From: Macrostomum lignano
Taxonomy: Eukaryota
Direction: 5' to 3'
Length of the DNA stretch: 64,000 bases
Assembly: GCA_002269645.1 (NCBI GenBank)
Contig: NIVC01001680.1
Location: 1 to 64,000, forward strand
The notes under the pieces are model-generated. The model had not been told where the DNA came from. It did not search any database and was given only the letters and a program-made list of their open reading frames with translations. Below, one piece after another: positions 52,607 to 63,531 of this stretch. The position numbers and the translations under genes are program-made. Within the stretch, counting starts at the first letter, position 1. Each line of letters opens with the position of its first letter.

Positions 52607-53617
52607 TTAGTCGGTTTTTGGGCGGAAATGCAGCACCACTACGCAATGTGCATCCGGCTGGAAAGTGAGAGGATTTCCCTGTTCGTCACCTAACCGAATG
52701 GTGATTTCGTCGATATTTTGCCGATTCGTTGGCAAATAGTAGGGATTTGTGATCATACCGTCTTGGGGCTGAAGTTGGCCCCCTGTTTGAGGGTGCAACG
52801 CCATAATCCGTAGAAGGGGCACAAGGTGACTGCCAACCGCTTGGTATTCAATTATGTCAGTGTAGCAGTGCATGTAGACAGTCTTTCCCCGAACGATTTT
52901 TTCGCTGGGCGATGTTAGCGCTATGGCTCTAATCATCCAGGCCTTGTTCTTCTGCCAATACTTATCTAGCGCTCGGTCCCCCTCGCTCTTCCCAGGCGCC
53001 TGTCCCATTATCACCTCTGTACTACCAATTAGAGCTAAAGCTTCGCTTGGTCTCAGACGGAAATCGAAATCAGGGTCGGTTATGTATTCAGTTGAGCTTT
53101 TCGCTCTCTCGTAATAGCTTTTATAGCTTCCTTCCTCACCGATGAGTGGACTCCGAGTAAGAGATTCAATGCTATGGAAATCACTATCCTTCCCACGCAC
53201 TATTTTCCACTGATCGAAGCCATAGACACGCATGAAATGTGAAGGTAAACGGATTGCTAATTGACTCGCGCCACCGTTTCGGAGATACCACAGGTACTGC
53301 CGCTCTTCCGGGCGACAAAGCAGATAGGCTTCCAGGTCGCCTCCCTGCCAAATTTTTGTCAAAGCAGCCTGCTTCACTGAAAGATGTGGACTAATATCAA
53401 CCGAATAGGGCAATAACCCTGACCTATCGGAGGCAGCATAACCAATGTTTCCTATAGCACCTCTGCACAAAAGCTCGACTAAAGCGACCTCGTACGCGTT
53501 TGCGGTCCCATAACGTCCGATAAGGTTCAGAGGATTTTTCAATCGCACACGAAACTCGTTTGGAGTGTTGGATGGGTAGCTTTTGTCGTTTGAGGGAAGA
53601 AAAACGTAGAAGCTCAT
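52607..53617 (-). CDS. Minor capsid protein (penton)
   Basis: MSFYVFLPSN..NTPNEFRVRL..YEVALVEL N-terminus; YTDIIEYQAVG..PLLR..YYLP..ITIRLGDEQG..LHFR C-terminus. Confidence 0.85.
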   Translation of the reverse strand: MSFYVFLPSNDKSYPSNTPNEFRVRLKNPLNLIGRYGTANAYEVALVELLCRGAIGNIGYAASDRSGLLPYSVDISPHLSVKQAALTKIWQGGDLEAYLLCRPEERQYLWYLRNGGASQLAIRLPSHFMRVYGFDQWKIVRGKDSDFHSIESLTRSPLIGEEGSYKSYYERAKSSTEYITDPDFDFRLRPSEALALIGSTEVIMGQAPGKSEGDRALDKYWQKNKAWMIRAIALTSPSEKIVRGKTVYMHCYTDIIEYQAVGSHLVPLLRIMALHPQTGGQLQPQDGMITNPYYLPTNRQNIDEITIRLGDEQGNPLTFQPDAHCVVVLHFRPKTD

Positions 53618-53666
53618 GTTTGTTTCCTTGGTGGCGATGGTTCAGTCTTGAAACAACATGGCTTGC

Positions 53667-54371
53667 TTATAATCCAGGCGCCTTTAGTTCTCTGTTGCCA
53701 GGCCCACCATAAGCTATCATCAGCTCTCCCGCAAACACGCCTGTTCGAAGTCGCAAGAAATCTGGCGTATCCTGACGCAAGTCGATAAGTAGATATGAGT
53801 ACGGTTTTCCATCGGTTGCGTCTTCGTAGACTTGGACGAGATAGTTACTTTTTTTTGGATACATCTGTTTCCCAAGATTCAAAACTGCGGTTCGATCTCG
53901 TACCGAGCGGGTTAAACAGATGTAGCTTGTAGATAAGCTTCTTGTTCGTGCCTCCGCGTCTGAACGGCTGAACAGATTCTGGCATAGGTATATGCAGTTT
54001 AATGGGAAATGGTGGGCGTGTTTGGTGAAGACAGCTGTGAAGTCGGCGGATTTAGCAATCTCACTTTGCAGATCGTCAACAACCAAAAGATCTCCCGATC
54101 GTAAGCTCCCTAACAATGCGCCCGTAAAACCCCGAATAAAATGTATTCCTTCGGAGTTGCCCCAACAAGCCCGAATTTTCCCGCGTTCCTGGTCATGAAG
54201 ATCGGTCCCGTGACACCAGACTAGCCGTTGTGGTGGTTTCTTAAACATGGCTACTCTTTCTTTGATTAGACGCAAAACCCATTCTGTCTTCCCAGATATC
54301 GAAGGCCCCGCCACGATGATGGTTGAATCAGGCGCGAGGCGCAAATCGTAGATAGGCGGCTTTGTCTCCAT
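53667..54371 (-). CDS. FtsK/A32-like genome packaging ATPase
   Basis: Walker A VAGPSISGKTEW, Walker B LLVVDDLQ, HH..CIYLCQNLF, YSYLLIDL. Confidence 0.93.
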   Translation of the reverse strand: METKPPIYDLRLAPDSTIIVAGPSISGKTEWVLRLIKERVAMFKKPPQRLVWCHGTDLHDQERGKIRACWGNSEGIHFIRGFTGALLGSLRSGDLLVVDDLQSEIAKSADFTAVFTKHAHHFPLNCIYLCQNLFSRSDAEARTRSLSTSYICLTRSVRDRTAVLNLGKQMYPKKSNYLVQVYEDATDGKPYSYLLIDLRQDTPDFLRLRTGVFAGELMIAYGGPGNRELKAPGL

Positions 54372-54376
54372 GTAGC

Positions 54377-54814
54377 TCAGGCGCTCGCTTGTTGCTTTAC
54401 TTGCATAACTTTTGCTACAAATTTGGCGGCTAGTTTCTCACCCAAACCACTGCTTGGATCGTGGGCTATTTCTCGCGCGCCCTGTTCCAGCAAGCGGTCC
54501 GCTTCGAGACGGTCTTTCGTTTCAGAGTTCTTCTCGTAGGCCTTATCGTGCAGCATACACAGCCTATCTAACCTATTTTTCCCGGTCTGGCCTTTGGCCA
54601 ATCGTTCTTTCAACCTAGTACCCGGTCCACAGAATTGGTAGCCCGGAAGATGTAGTTCAAACGGCAAATGGTTAATAACCCAATTTACAATACCACTTCC
54701 TCTCTGTAGTCGCTGATTCCGTTTTGCTCTACGGCTACTAGTAGTAGTAGTTCGAGATTTTTTTTTAGTTTTTCTTGCGCTCTTTTTCAAGTGCCTGCTC
54801 TGGTCTCTTACCAT
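54377..54814 (-). CDS. Parvovirus-like phospholipase A2 protein with basic N-terminus
   Basis: LHLPGYQFCGPGT (Ca-binding loop) and NRLDRLCMLHDKAY (HD active site). Confidence 0.9.
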   Translation of the reverse strand: MVRDQSRHLKKSARKTKKKSRTTTTSSRRAKRNQRLQRGSGIVNWVINHLPFELHLPGYQFCGPGTRLKERLAKGQTGKNRLDRLCMLHDKAYEKNSETKDRLEADRLLEQGAREIAHDPSSGLGEKLAAKFVAKVMQVKQQASA

Positions 54815-55021
54815 TTTCTGCTAGTAATATTTTGAAGTCATAGCTCGTAGGGAAATTTGTTTTGCTTATACAATCTGTTGACTATTACGTCGATTGGTGG
54901 TAGCGTATATTTTGAAGTTGTTTAAAACAAGAGAATATTAGAGTTTGAGTTTGCGGTGCTAGCTACGTTTAGATTTGTTAGTGTCATCATTATCAGGTCC
55001 CATTACGCCGCGCAAAAGCGT

Positions 55022-55600
55022 TCAAATTCCGGTACTGCCCAATCCGCCCGTTCCGCGAATGCGCTTCGGCGGCTCGATAGGTCCTTCGTTCTCTTCTTCA
55101 TCGACGAGGACAGGGATGGTCTTGTCATCGTCGTTGACTAGTCCCTCGTCGTGCGCCCTGGTCTTCACTTCTTCTCCTTCCTTTTTGCCAGGCCTGCCTG
55201 CACGATTAACAACAACAGATGGTGTAGCGACACGCTCCAAAACCAATTGAGCGATGCGGTCGCCAGGCTCGACCTTGAAGTCACAAGTCGAATGATTGAA
55301 AAGAATCACTTGCAGCTGTCCGATGTAGTCTGGGTCGATAACTCCGCCGCCGGCAACGATTCCGTAGCGCGCAGCCAGGCCTGAGCGAGAAGCAATTCGA
55401 CCATACGTGCCGTCTGGCAGATCGATACTTATTCCGGTATCGAGTACACACCAGCTTTGCGCAGTAATGGTTTTTTTCTCCAAGCTGGCTAGATCGTAGC
55501 CAACCGATCGCTCGGTCGCCCGTTGCGGAATCTTTGCTCCGGCTTCCTCCAAGAAGATTCGCAGCTCCTCGTCCACTGAAGAGCAGCCGGTCGAGTCCAT
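55022..55600 (-). CDS. dut: dUTPase
   Basis: SVGYDL, GRIASRSGLA, GGVIDPDYIG, GDRIAQL and RGTGGLGSTG correspond to motifs 1-5. Confidence 0.95.
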   Translation of the reverse strand: MDSTGCSSVDEELRIFLEEAGAKIPQRATERSVGYDLASLEKKTITAQSWCVLDTGISIDLPDGTYGRIASRSGLAARYGIVAGGGVIDPDYIGQLQVILFNHSTCDFKVEPGDRIAQLVLERVATPSVVVNRAGRPGKKEGEEVKTRAHDEGLVNDDDKTIPVLVDEEENEGPIEPPKRIRGTGGLGSTGI

Positions 55601-55878
55601 GTTGCGCAGTGTGCAGATAGAGCTGGAACAGAGATTGGGGTGAGGTGTTTGTTAGTTTCTTGTAGAGGTTTAAAATATCGTTTTCGCTTTACTTATAATG
55701 CTAAAGCCACCCAAGCTACTTCCCTCCTTGTATCTGCCGCAGAAAAACAAATTGACTAGGCCTCTAACAGTTTAGCAAGATTAGTAGTAGACCAAGTTTT
55801 CGCTATCGCTATATTTAGTCAAATCACGGCATAGCGCACACTCATCAACACTTGGTTTAAAAAAGTCAAAGCGATAGA

Positions 55879-58800
55879 TTAGTTCAACCGCCAGTGGCCG
55901 TAGGGTAGAGAGGCGAGCGCGCCCAGCCAAGCACGTTTCGTGTCGAAAGAGCTTAGGGCTAGCTTGCGATGCTCGAGCAAAAAGACAACTTGTTTTTGCG
56001 AACTGAAGCGTCGCTGCTGAACGTAGTAGAGGCTTCTCTCGTTAACAGTTCTTACATACTCAGTATGCTTAATCTGTCGGGCAACCGTCTTCGTCACCCC
56101 CTTGCAGCGCGACAGTTGTTGCACAACTTCATTGGCCCTCAAAAAAGAGTAGTTCTTGGGCCGCAGAAACGCCAGCTCGATAGCCAGCTGCCCGCCGAAT
56201 TCATCCTTCCACGCCATCAGCCGACCCTTGTGTCTGTCAGAGTAGAGAGGATGGGTCTTCGGGTAGTTGCTGGTGTCCAAAAGGCCTTGCTGCACAAAGT
56301 CCTTAAAAATAGTGTCGTACGGGGTTTCTCCCGACTTGCGCATCACCAGGGCCATCATCAGGCTGTCGGTATCGCCAGCGAGGACGCGCGCGCACTCCAG
56401 AGAGCTGTGCGCCTGAACATGACTGTAATAAAAGTCATAGACAATTGTCTTAGCAATATCGAGAATTGCGGCGCCAATGATGATCGGCTTGTTTAGCGTA
56501 ACTTTTCTTGGAGCGAGATTAACTCCCGCGAGATTTTCAGAGTAGATTACAACATCTTGGAAGCGTTCCATACTGACCAGCGTCTCCAGCTTCTCTGGGT
56601 CGGAGCACATTCGAAAGTTCATCCGGTCGCGCACGCGCTGAAGAAACTTCCCGAAGAGCGAATTGTTGAGTAACTTAAAAAAATCTTTTTCGAAATCCCC
56701 CGTGGCCGCTTTCCGCCTCTCAATGTTGCGCTCGATGTAAGAGCGCAAGATCGAGCGTTCGGTGAAGACAAGCACTCGGCGAATTCGTGTCACGCGCAGT
56801 CCCAACTCCAGATAGAGGCGCAGAGCTCTGTAGTGCACCGCGTAGTTTTTTTTATGCACCAGCGAAGCGATTAGCTTTTTCGTAGGGCTTTTGAATGGGC
56901 TGACCTCCTCGTATGAGGTTGCGTTAGCGCTGCGATTTGGATTCATCTGCCGCTGTAGTAGTAGCCAGTCTTGTCGCTGAGTTCTTGTCAGCCGGCTCTC
57001 AGTCACAGTTTCGTGACCTAAAGCCAAGGGCAAATCAGCAGTGGAGTCGTGCAGAAAATTTGGATAGTAGAGATCCACCGTGAACAGGGCGCCCCGGTCT
57101 GCCGAACAGAAATTACAAATCCAGTCCAGCAGCTTGCTCCTCACTGATGGATCCTCGAGTTCATCGGCGGACAGTCCATTGTCGCACGGAACGGACCGGA
57201 TTTCTTGCAAAGTCATCCACTTGAAATCAGCACAAGGCATGGGATGAACCATGCATGCTGAATAGAGTGAATTGGCATCCAGATAAACAAGAAAAGTGTT
57301 TGCCGGAGCGTTTTTCCGCAACTGCACAAACTCCGGTTCTTTCTCGTCAAGCTGGCAGCGGAAAGGTTCTACAAGCGGATTGTTTGCAGTGGTCAGGTGC
57401 CGTGTACCAAAACTGAAGCCGCCACGAACCGAACGTTCGATTTCGCGGTACATGTCCGCATCAGTGACTAACTGAATAGGCTCCTGAAGAGTTAGTAGGC
57501 AGCTGGCGAGGCTGTACATTGGCGCGCCCAAATAGTGGGCCGATTCAATGCCGTATTCCTCCAGGCCGGTTTTACGGAAAGCCTCGAAAACATCCGCCAG
57601 AAGCAGCACGTCCAAAGACAGGTATGCTGTTGTGTAGTCCCGCAGGCTGCGGCAACCGAATTCTTGCCAGCTTTTTTCGGCCCGGGCGTAGTCCTCGAGC
57701 GAGCAGGGCTCCTCTCTCAGGTGGTCAAAAAACGCCTCTCTGGGTAGGAGACGCGTAACTGAATCCATTTTCTCAAAAGAATCCGCAAATGAGTACGGAT
57801 AGACTCCTTTTTGCAACAGAGTCGTTTCGCTCAGGCCTGGATAGAACTTTAGAAGCTCCTTTGTACAGATGAGTTGATCTGGTTGAAGACGTCCTGCCAG
57901 GCTCGCCAGGCTTGACGGTAAATAGGCAAATGTGTCTTTGAAACAAATTTCAAACCACGCCTCGTCAATGCCGTCCGTGCTGGTGCTGCCTCCCTGCAGT
58001 CGAAACTTAATGGAAAATGTCTTAAACCGCTCACGGTTTTCCGGCAAGACATTCAGCCGAATGTCCTTGCTGGTGCCCGAGAAAGTCTCGTAGATCTCTC
58101 GAATGATAAATTTCGAATCGAAATTTTTCAGGTTATGCATAAAAACTGTTATTTTTCGGCGTTGTAAACTTAGTTTTCGATTGCAAGAGCGGCATAAAAC
58201 AGCACGAGGACGGCCTGTCAAATGACAGTGGTCCAAAACAGCTTGATCTTCTTCTTCTCCGGGTCCGAACTCCCGCAGACACAACTGGCAATTTGTCGCT
58301 GCCTCCAGCACTAGTCTTCGTGCGGGAAGAAACTTTCTCATCAGTGGTTTGTGGAGTTCTACCGTCCATAGTGCATGATTTCCGAAGCTAGTTGGCGTAA
58401 TTTTAGAAGAAACTGGCTCACGCAATTGGGCCCGACCGAGCACGGACTAGAATACAGCACCTCACACGGCTTTCCAGCACAATATGAAGGCAGCTTGCTT
58501 TTGAAGTCTTGCGGCTGGGTAACCAATCTGTAGCCCAGGCAGAGTGGTACGAGTACTTCTCGTACAATGCCGCTACCGAGTTTGGGAACGGGTGACCGGC
58601 CGCAGCCGCCTGTTCCGGACTCATTGCAATCGTTTCTAGATCTGAATAAATAACAAATAAAGCAGGTAGTCGCGTCTCATCGGCTGTGAAGCGCACAAAA
58701 GCCTCCTCTTGAGCTGGCATTTCTTCACGCGGAAACAAAGCGGATCTCGCGGAAACTGACCCTCTGGTTCAGACTGCCATACACAGCCCCTTGGTTGAGC

Positions 58801-60077
58801 TGCAGGCTCGGTTGAGGCACGGACGTGCCAGTACAGCAGTGCTCGTTCAAGATGAAGTCCCAGGACACAGTGTGATTAAATGGCGCTAAACAGTCGGGAC
58901 AGAAACGCCGTCGTCGCGTGTTAGAACTTAGCAGGCTTTGCAAATTCTTGATAGGCACATAGTGCCCAAACTTAAAGCTTGAATAAGGTGGTATGAACAG
59001 GCAATTTGCCGTGTAGATAGCTTCTGGTGTTTTTTTCGAAAAAAACAAGCTAGCAGATTTGCTTTCGTGATCCCAGACAAACATGCGTAAGCCAAGAGTG
59101 GGATTTTTTCTCAGAAACTTGTTGTAGCTGTGTGCATTGTGCCGTTTAGGACCGGATGGATTTCGACCGAAATCGAAAACTTGCAACCATCGCTTGTAGC
59201 TGGCCCGTCTAGCCGGTCGGGGCACAGCTTTTTGAAAGACGCTTGCTACTACAGCATAGCAAAAACAATCCTGTTGGTTCGCATTGTTTGGTTTTAGAAG
59301 CAGCACAGATCCAGCTTTTCTCGCCAGTGACAGCGGAATTTTGAAAGGTGTGGCCGCCGCCGCCGCCGCCGCCGCCGCGGGTGCTCCAGCTCCTGCACCG
59401 CGCTGTACAGACGCTCTCGCACGAGAGCGTCTGTACAGGGCGAGTAAAAAATCAACCTGTTCCACCGCCTCGAGATGCCAATTGCTGCCTTGTTTTTGAA
59501 AATTTTCCAGTCGAGTGACAAGATCACCAACAGCGCGCAAAAACCACTGGTTAAAGGCATCGGGCGAAAGAAGAACTCCAGCAGCAGCAGCAGCAGACTC
59601 TTCGTCAATTGTTATCGTAACGATATTGGTATTGAAATAAACTGAAATCTCGTGTTGTTGCAGCGGTGGCTGGTCGGCATCATTAGCAGCAGCAGCAGCA
59701 GCAGCAGCAGCAGCTGGCATCAGACGACTTAGCTTACACTTTAAATGAATGCAAGTTCGCATTAGTAGATCTGGCTGCAGTAACCTGCTGAAAAGTCTGT
59801 AGATCGGCTGTTGAAGTGAAGCGAGCACCTCAGAGATCCCGTTGTTGTTGTTGTTGTTGTTGCCAGTGGGAATAAATTTTAGAAAATTAGCTCTTCCATG
59901 CAGCGCTGATTCTTCCAGAGCCGCATTCCAGCCACTAGGCGGATCGCTAATCAACGAGTTGACTGGCTCGCGAATCAACGATTCCAGAGGGTGAAAACAA
60001 GCACCGTGCGAATGCGCATGCAGTGCTGCCTGGGTTCCGAATCGTTTGCCGCAAACGCGGCACTGAATCCGTGGCAT
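55879..60077 (-). CDS. polB: Protein-primed family B DNA polymerase, ~1400 aa, broken by 2-3 frameshifts at ~58370-58760
   Basis: N-terminal C2H2 finger; Exo I FVIYSDLET; endonuclease-VII-like CQLC..DHCHLTG..CRSCN; Exo II HNLKNFDSKFI; Exo III YLSLDVLLL; YLDANSLY, KLLNNSLFGK, AGDTDSL, RPKNYSF. Confidence 0.93.
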
Positions 60078-60288
60078 TTGCCGTCGACGAGCTGTAATTT
60101 AAGTATTACATGAGTTAATTAGAAGCAGAAAACTTTCTTTCTACTACTACAACTAGTAAAAAATTAACTTGAACAACGATTTTAGGTTTGACAATAATGA
60201 AATGATGGTTGCAAAAATTTATTCTTTTTCTTTCAGAGTAGTCGACTCAGTATGCACAAATTAAATATTCAAGAATTAAGCTTTGATT

Positions 60289-61014
60289 TCACATCACTGC
60301 CTCGATAAAACCGCCACTAGGAGGCGGTTGACGCGAGCCTTGCACCAGGTCGCGCACCAGCCGGCTCAGATCTTCGACTGTTGATGATTCTGTAACCCTC
60401 AGTCGAACTACAAACCCGTAGCTTGGGAATGTGGCTTGCTGCGCCGCAGCCAGCCCTTGAAGGTAGGCCAGGTCGATGTTGGCTTCTTCAGGCCGATTTC
60501 GTTGGCGAATGCGCTGCAGTGCCAGCTCCGGGTTGATTTCAAGGTACACCAGAGTGCAATCCTCTCGAGGTGTAACTGTCTTTGTCTTCTTTTCTAAGAC
60601 CTGCAGCTGATTAACGAGAATTGCTTGCTGGGTACCATTCAAACGCCCTTGATGTTTTAGATGCATTAAAAATGCATAGCAGCTGCCCAGGTGTCGGTCT
60701 GCCACAATAAACCGATGCGTGCCTTTTGCAGCGATTTTGCGGAGCTTCATGTCGCGTCTCGCCATCTCGTGCGACACATGGACTTGAAATTCAAAAGCAG
60801 ACACGTCACCATCGTAAAACTGCTGCAGCAGATTTTGCTCCGTGTAACGGTGCTTTCGGTAGTATTCCGCCGGCTCCCGAGCAAACTCGTACCCTCCACT
60901 CCAGCATTCCAGGCGAGCCATCAGAGCCAGATTGCGGACAAGGGAAGATTTTCCGGCCCCGATTAGACCTTCGATCACGTAAGTTCGAGTCTGAGCACGG
61001 ACTTGAGCGGCCAT
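60289..61014 (-). CDS. Deoxynucleoside kinase (dNK/dCK-dGK family)
   Basis: YVIEGLIGAGKSSL P-loop, REPAE, FEFQ, IVADRHLGSC, LVYLEINPELALQRIRQRNRPEE lid, IDLAYLQGL. Confidence 0.9.
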   Translation of the reverse strand: MAAQVRAQTRTYVIEGLIGAGKSSLVRNLALMARLECWSGGYEFAREPAEYYRKHRYTEQNLLQQFYDGDVSAFEFQVHVSHEMARRDMKLRKIAAKGTHRFIVADRHLGSCYAFLMHLKHQGRLNGTQQAILVNQLQVLEKKTKTVTPREDCTLVYLEINPELALQRIRQRNRPEEANIDLAYLQGLAAAQQATFPSYGFVVRLRVTESSTVEDLSRLVRDLVQGSRQPPPSGGFIEAVM

Positions 61015-61030
61015 TTGCTGAAGTGAATAA

Positions 61031-61624
61031 TTAGACAGCTGCTTGGGGCAAATGTTGAAAAACCTCCAACACTTGCTTCAGTTCCTCGAGATTTTGAGGA
61101 CCGCAGACTATAAATTTCCGACTAAAGAACAGGTTCAGGAACAGCCTCGGGTTGCACTGAAGCCTGCAGGAGATTGCCATAGGGAAATTTTCCTTATCCA
61201 TGCTTAAACAATAGCCGCTCTCCAACTTCAGTGTAGTGGTATCCGAAAACAGGGACTCCAGGAGCGGAGTGCGGACAGATGAATCTAGGCTTCCCGCATA
61301 AGTACTTGTCTGCACACACACAGACTCATTGTCTAAACCACCGATGCATAACTCGTTTATGAAGCACAGGCACCTTACTGCTTGGATTTTAGATTTAGCA
61401 CCAAAAATTGTTACTTTCCCTTTGGGATACAGCTGAACAGAACAGCCACAAAAGCGGGTTTTAAGCATCGAAGGACGCCCACGATAGAGTTTCGCCTCCC
61501 GTCCGGTAGAAGTTAGCTTAGACTTTAACAGATCCAGCTGCCCGCCTGGTGGAATGACTAGTCGAGCCCCCACAACATGTTGCAGCAGTCTCTGGAAGAG
61601 ACAAGGAACAAGAAACAAACACAT
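61031..61624 (-). CDS. Divergent TATA-binding-protein (TBP)-like protein
   Basis: Two TBP-like repeats: YRGRPSMLKTR..VQLYPKGKVTIFGAKS and DKENFPMAISCR..NPRLFLNLFFSRKFIVCGPQN, compared with TBP YEPEQFPGLIYR..PK..LIFxSGKxVxTGAK. Confidence 0.68.
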   Translation of the reverse strand: MCLFLVPCLFQRLLQHVVGARLVIPPGGQLDLLKSKLTSTGREAKLYRGRPSMLKTRFCGCSVQLYPKGKVTIFGAKSKIQAVRCLCFINELCIGGLDNESVCVQTSTYAGSLDSSVRTPLLESLFSDTTTLKLESGYCLSMDKENFPMAISCRLQCNPRLFLNLFFSRKFIVCGPQNLEELKQVLEVFQHLPQAAV

Positions 61625-61834
61625 TTCTTAATTTCTTTTTAATCAATGAGATGTTACACGTTTATTTAACTTGTACTTCAACTTCAAATTTTGGTTAAAA
61701 ACTAGCTAGCTAGCGCATAGCTTTTCTGACTAACTAGCGAAGCAAAAATCAATGGTCAAGCTAGGACCATGACAATAGTTAATTTTCTTGGGTTTGACGA
61801 AGTCACTAAAGCGTCCGCTCTAAGCTGGTGCTTT

Positions 61835-63002
61835 TCAGGTAAAAGCGCCAAAGGGCGGCGACGAATCGCGGACCTCCACTAGGTCATCAGTTTGCTCCTC
61901 CGAGTCGTCAGAAGAAGCTGAAAGCGGGCTCTGTGGAGGTCGCATTCTTGGCTTTGTGGGCGCTTTTCGCCCAGACGGACCACTCACAAGTTGCTTTACC
62001 GGCGGCTTGCAGACCTCCATGAGGTCCTGCGCAATCGCTTCAACGATATTAGAGTCCGAGCTGGCAGCAGCATCAGCCTTCCGCTTGCGAATCCGCGGCA
62101 ACTTCTTCGGCGGCGGCATCGTCCTTGGCGCATCAGCAGCAGCAGTCGATACATTTGACTTGTCTGGCTCCCGGCTGGCGGACTCGGGCACTGCGGCTCG
62201 CGGGCCATTGTTGTCCCTCTTGGCCAGGCGTAAACCTTCCATTTGGCGGGAGACTATGCGGAACATCTGCATGTCATGCACGCCTTCCATCAGCGCGGCA
62301 GAGCGAAGGGTGAACAACACCTTCCACTTGTCGTTGGCACGAGGGCGGATTAAGCAAGCTGCCTGGAAGGTTAAATGATACAGTCCCGACCGATCGAACA
62401 ACTCCGGCAGCTGAGCCTCGTAGTAAATCTTGTGCGTCAGATCCGCTAAGAATGTCGCACAGGCAACATTTGCACGCAGGCCGAGCCAGCTGGGCGGGGC
62501 TGTTGTTCCGTCCTCCGGAATCTTTGCCTGGCGCACGAGTCCATGAGTGTCCCTCTGAGCCGTTAAAATTGCCTCAATCATTTTTTCGGCCGTTCTGAAA
62601 AGCAAGCGACAGAGTTCCAAAATTGAAAAAAGTGGTTCAAAAATTAAGGAAAAGATAGTTACGTATTACAAATAACTTTAATTACCTGATGCATTCGAAT
62701 GTGGTTTCACAGAACGTTTTTGTCGCGAATGTGACACTCATGCCCTCTCGGCGCCACAGCTCCGAGCCGCTGTCCGGACTGTGGCCTTCATTTCGGGTGA
62801 TGCCGCGAAAGACCTCTACCGGCTTTGTGGTCTGAAAAACGAGCGGCAGCAGCTCCCGGCATGTAGAACTGGGTCTCCAGGCCAGAGTTCGCAGTCCGTT
62901 TTCGTGTTTGTTCCACTTTTCTGCCCTGCCGAAGATAATTGCGGCATCCTTGCATTCGAGGGCCTCCTTCGAGACAATCGCAGCTTCAGGGAAGAACGCC
63001 AT
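61835..63002 (-). CDS. Spliced hypothetical protein, 2 exons (62686-63002, 61835-62594), ~358 aa
   Basis: Donor AG|GTAATT at 62685 and acceptor TTTTCAG| at 62595, both phase 2, join two ORFs in frame. Basic/acidic low-complexity C-terminus. Confidence 0.65.
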
Positions 63003-63048
63003 CTCGGTCAGCCAGGTCGTTGTTGCTAGGCGGCTGTGGGACTAGTCC

Positions 63049-63058
63049 CTTATATAAG
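63049..63058. promoter_or_regulatory. Palindromic CTTATATAAG TATA element between divergent Polinton genes
   Basis: Perfect palindrome giving TATAAG on both strands; 47 nt upstream of the ATG at 63002. Confidence 0.55.
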
Positions 63059-63531
63059 CCTCAGCAAATGGCATGCAGCTGTAGCCCGGATGAAAAAAAC
63101 AACATTCCGCATGCTTTTACCAAAATGTCAAAGGGACAACCCGCGCCCAGATTTTTTTCAAGTTTTGCATGCAAGTAGCAAGACGAAAGTTTTATTCCTT
63201 TTAATGGCGAATGACAGTTGGTCTTCTAAATCCTGTAAATAGCAATGGCCTACTAATGGAAAGGGGGATGATAAATGCTGTCAAAGCTGAAACAGTTGGT
63301 GCCAAGGCTGAAAATGCCGCTAGGGGAACTGTGTCAGCTGTTGTGTAACTCTGTTGTGAAGAATAAAGACGGTAAATATAGCCAATCCTAAACAAAGAAC
63401 TTCACTTTCGATATAAGCTTAGACGGCAAGGGAGCTGTATCCGAGAGGATGCCGGATACACTCTAAAAAAGCGCAATCTCTATTGTATAGCAATATCAAT
63501 ATAGCTTAACTTCTTAAATTTTGTTTGAGTT

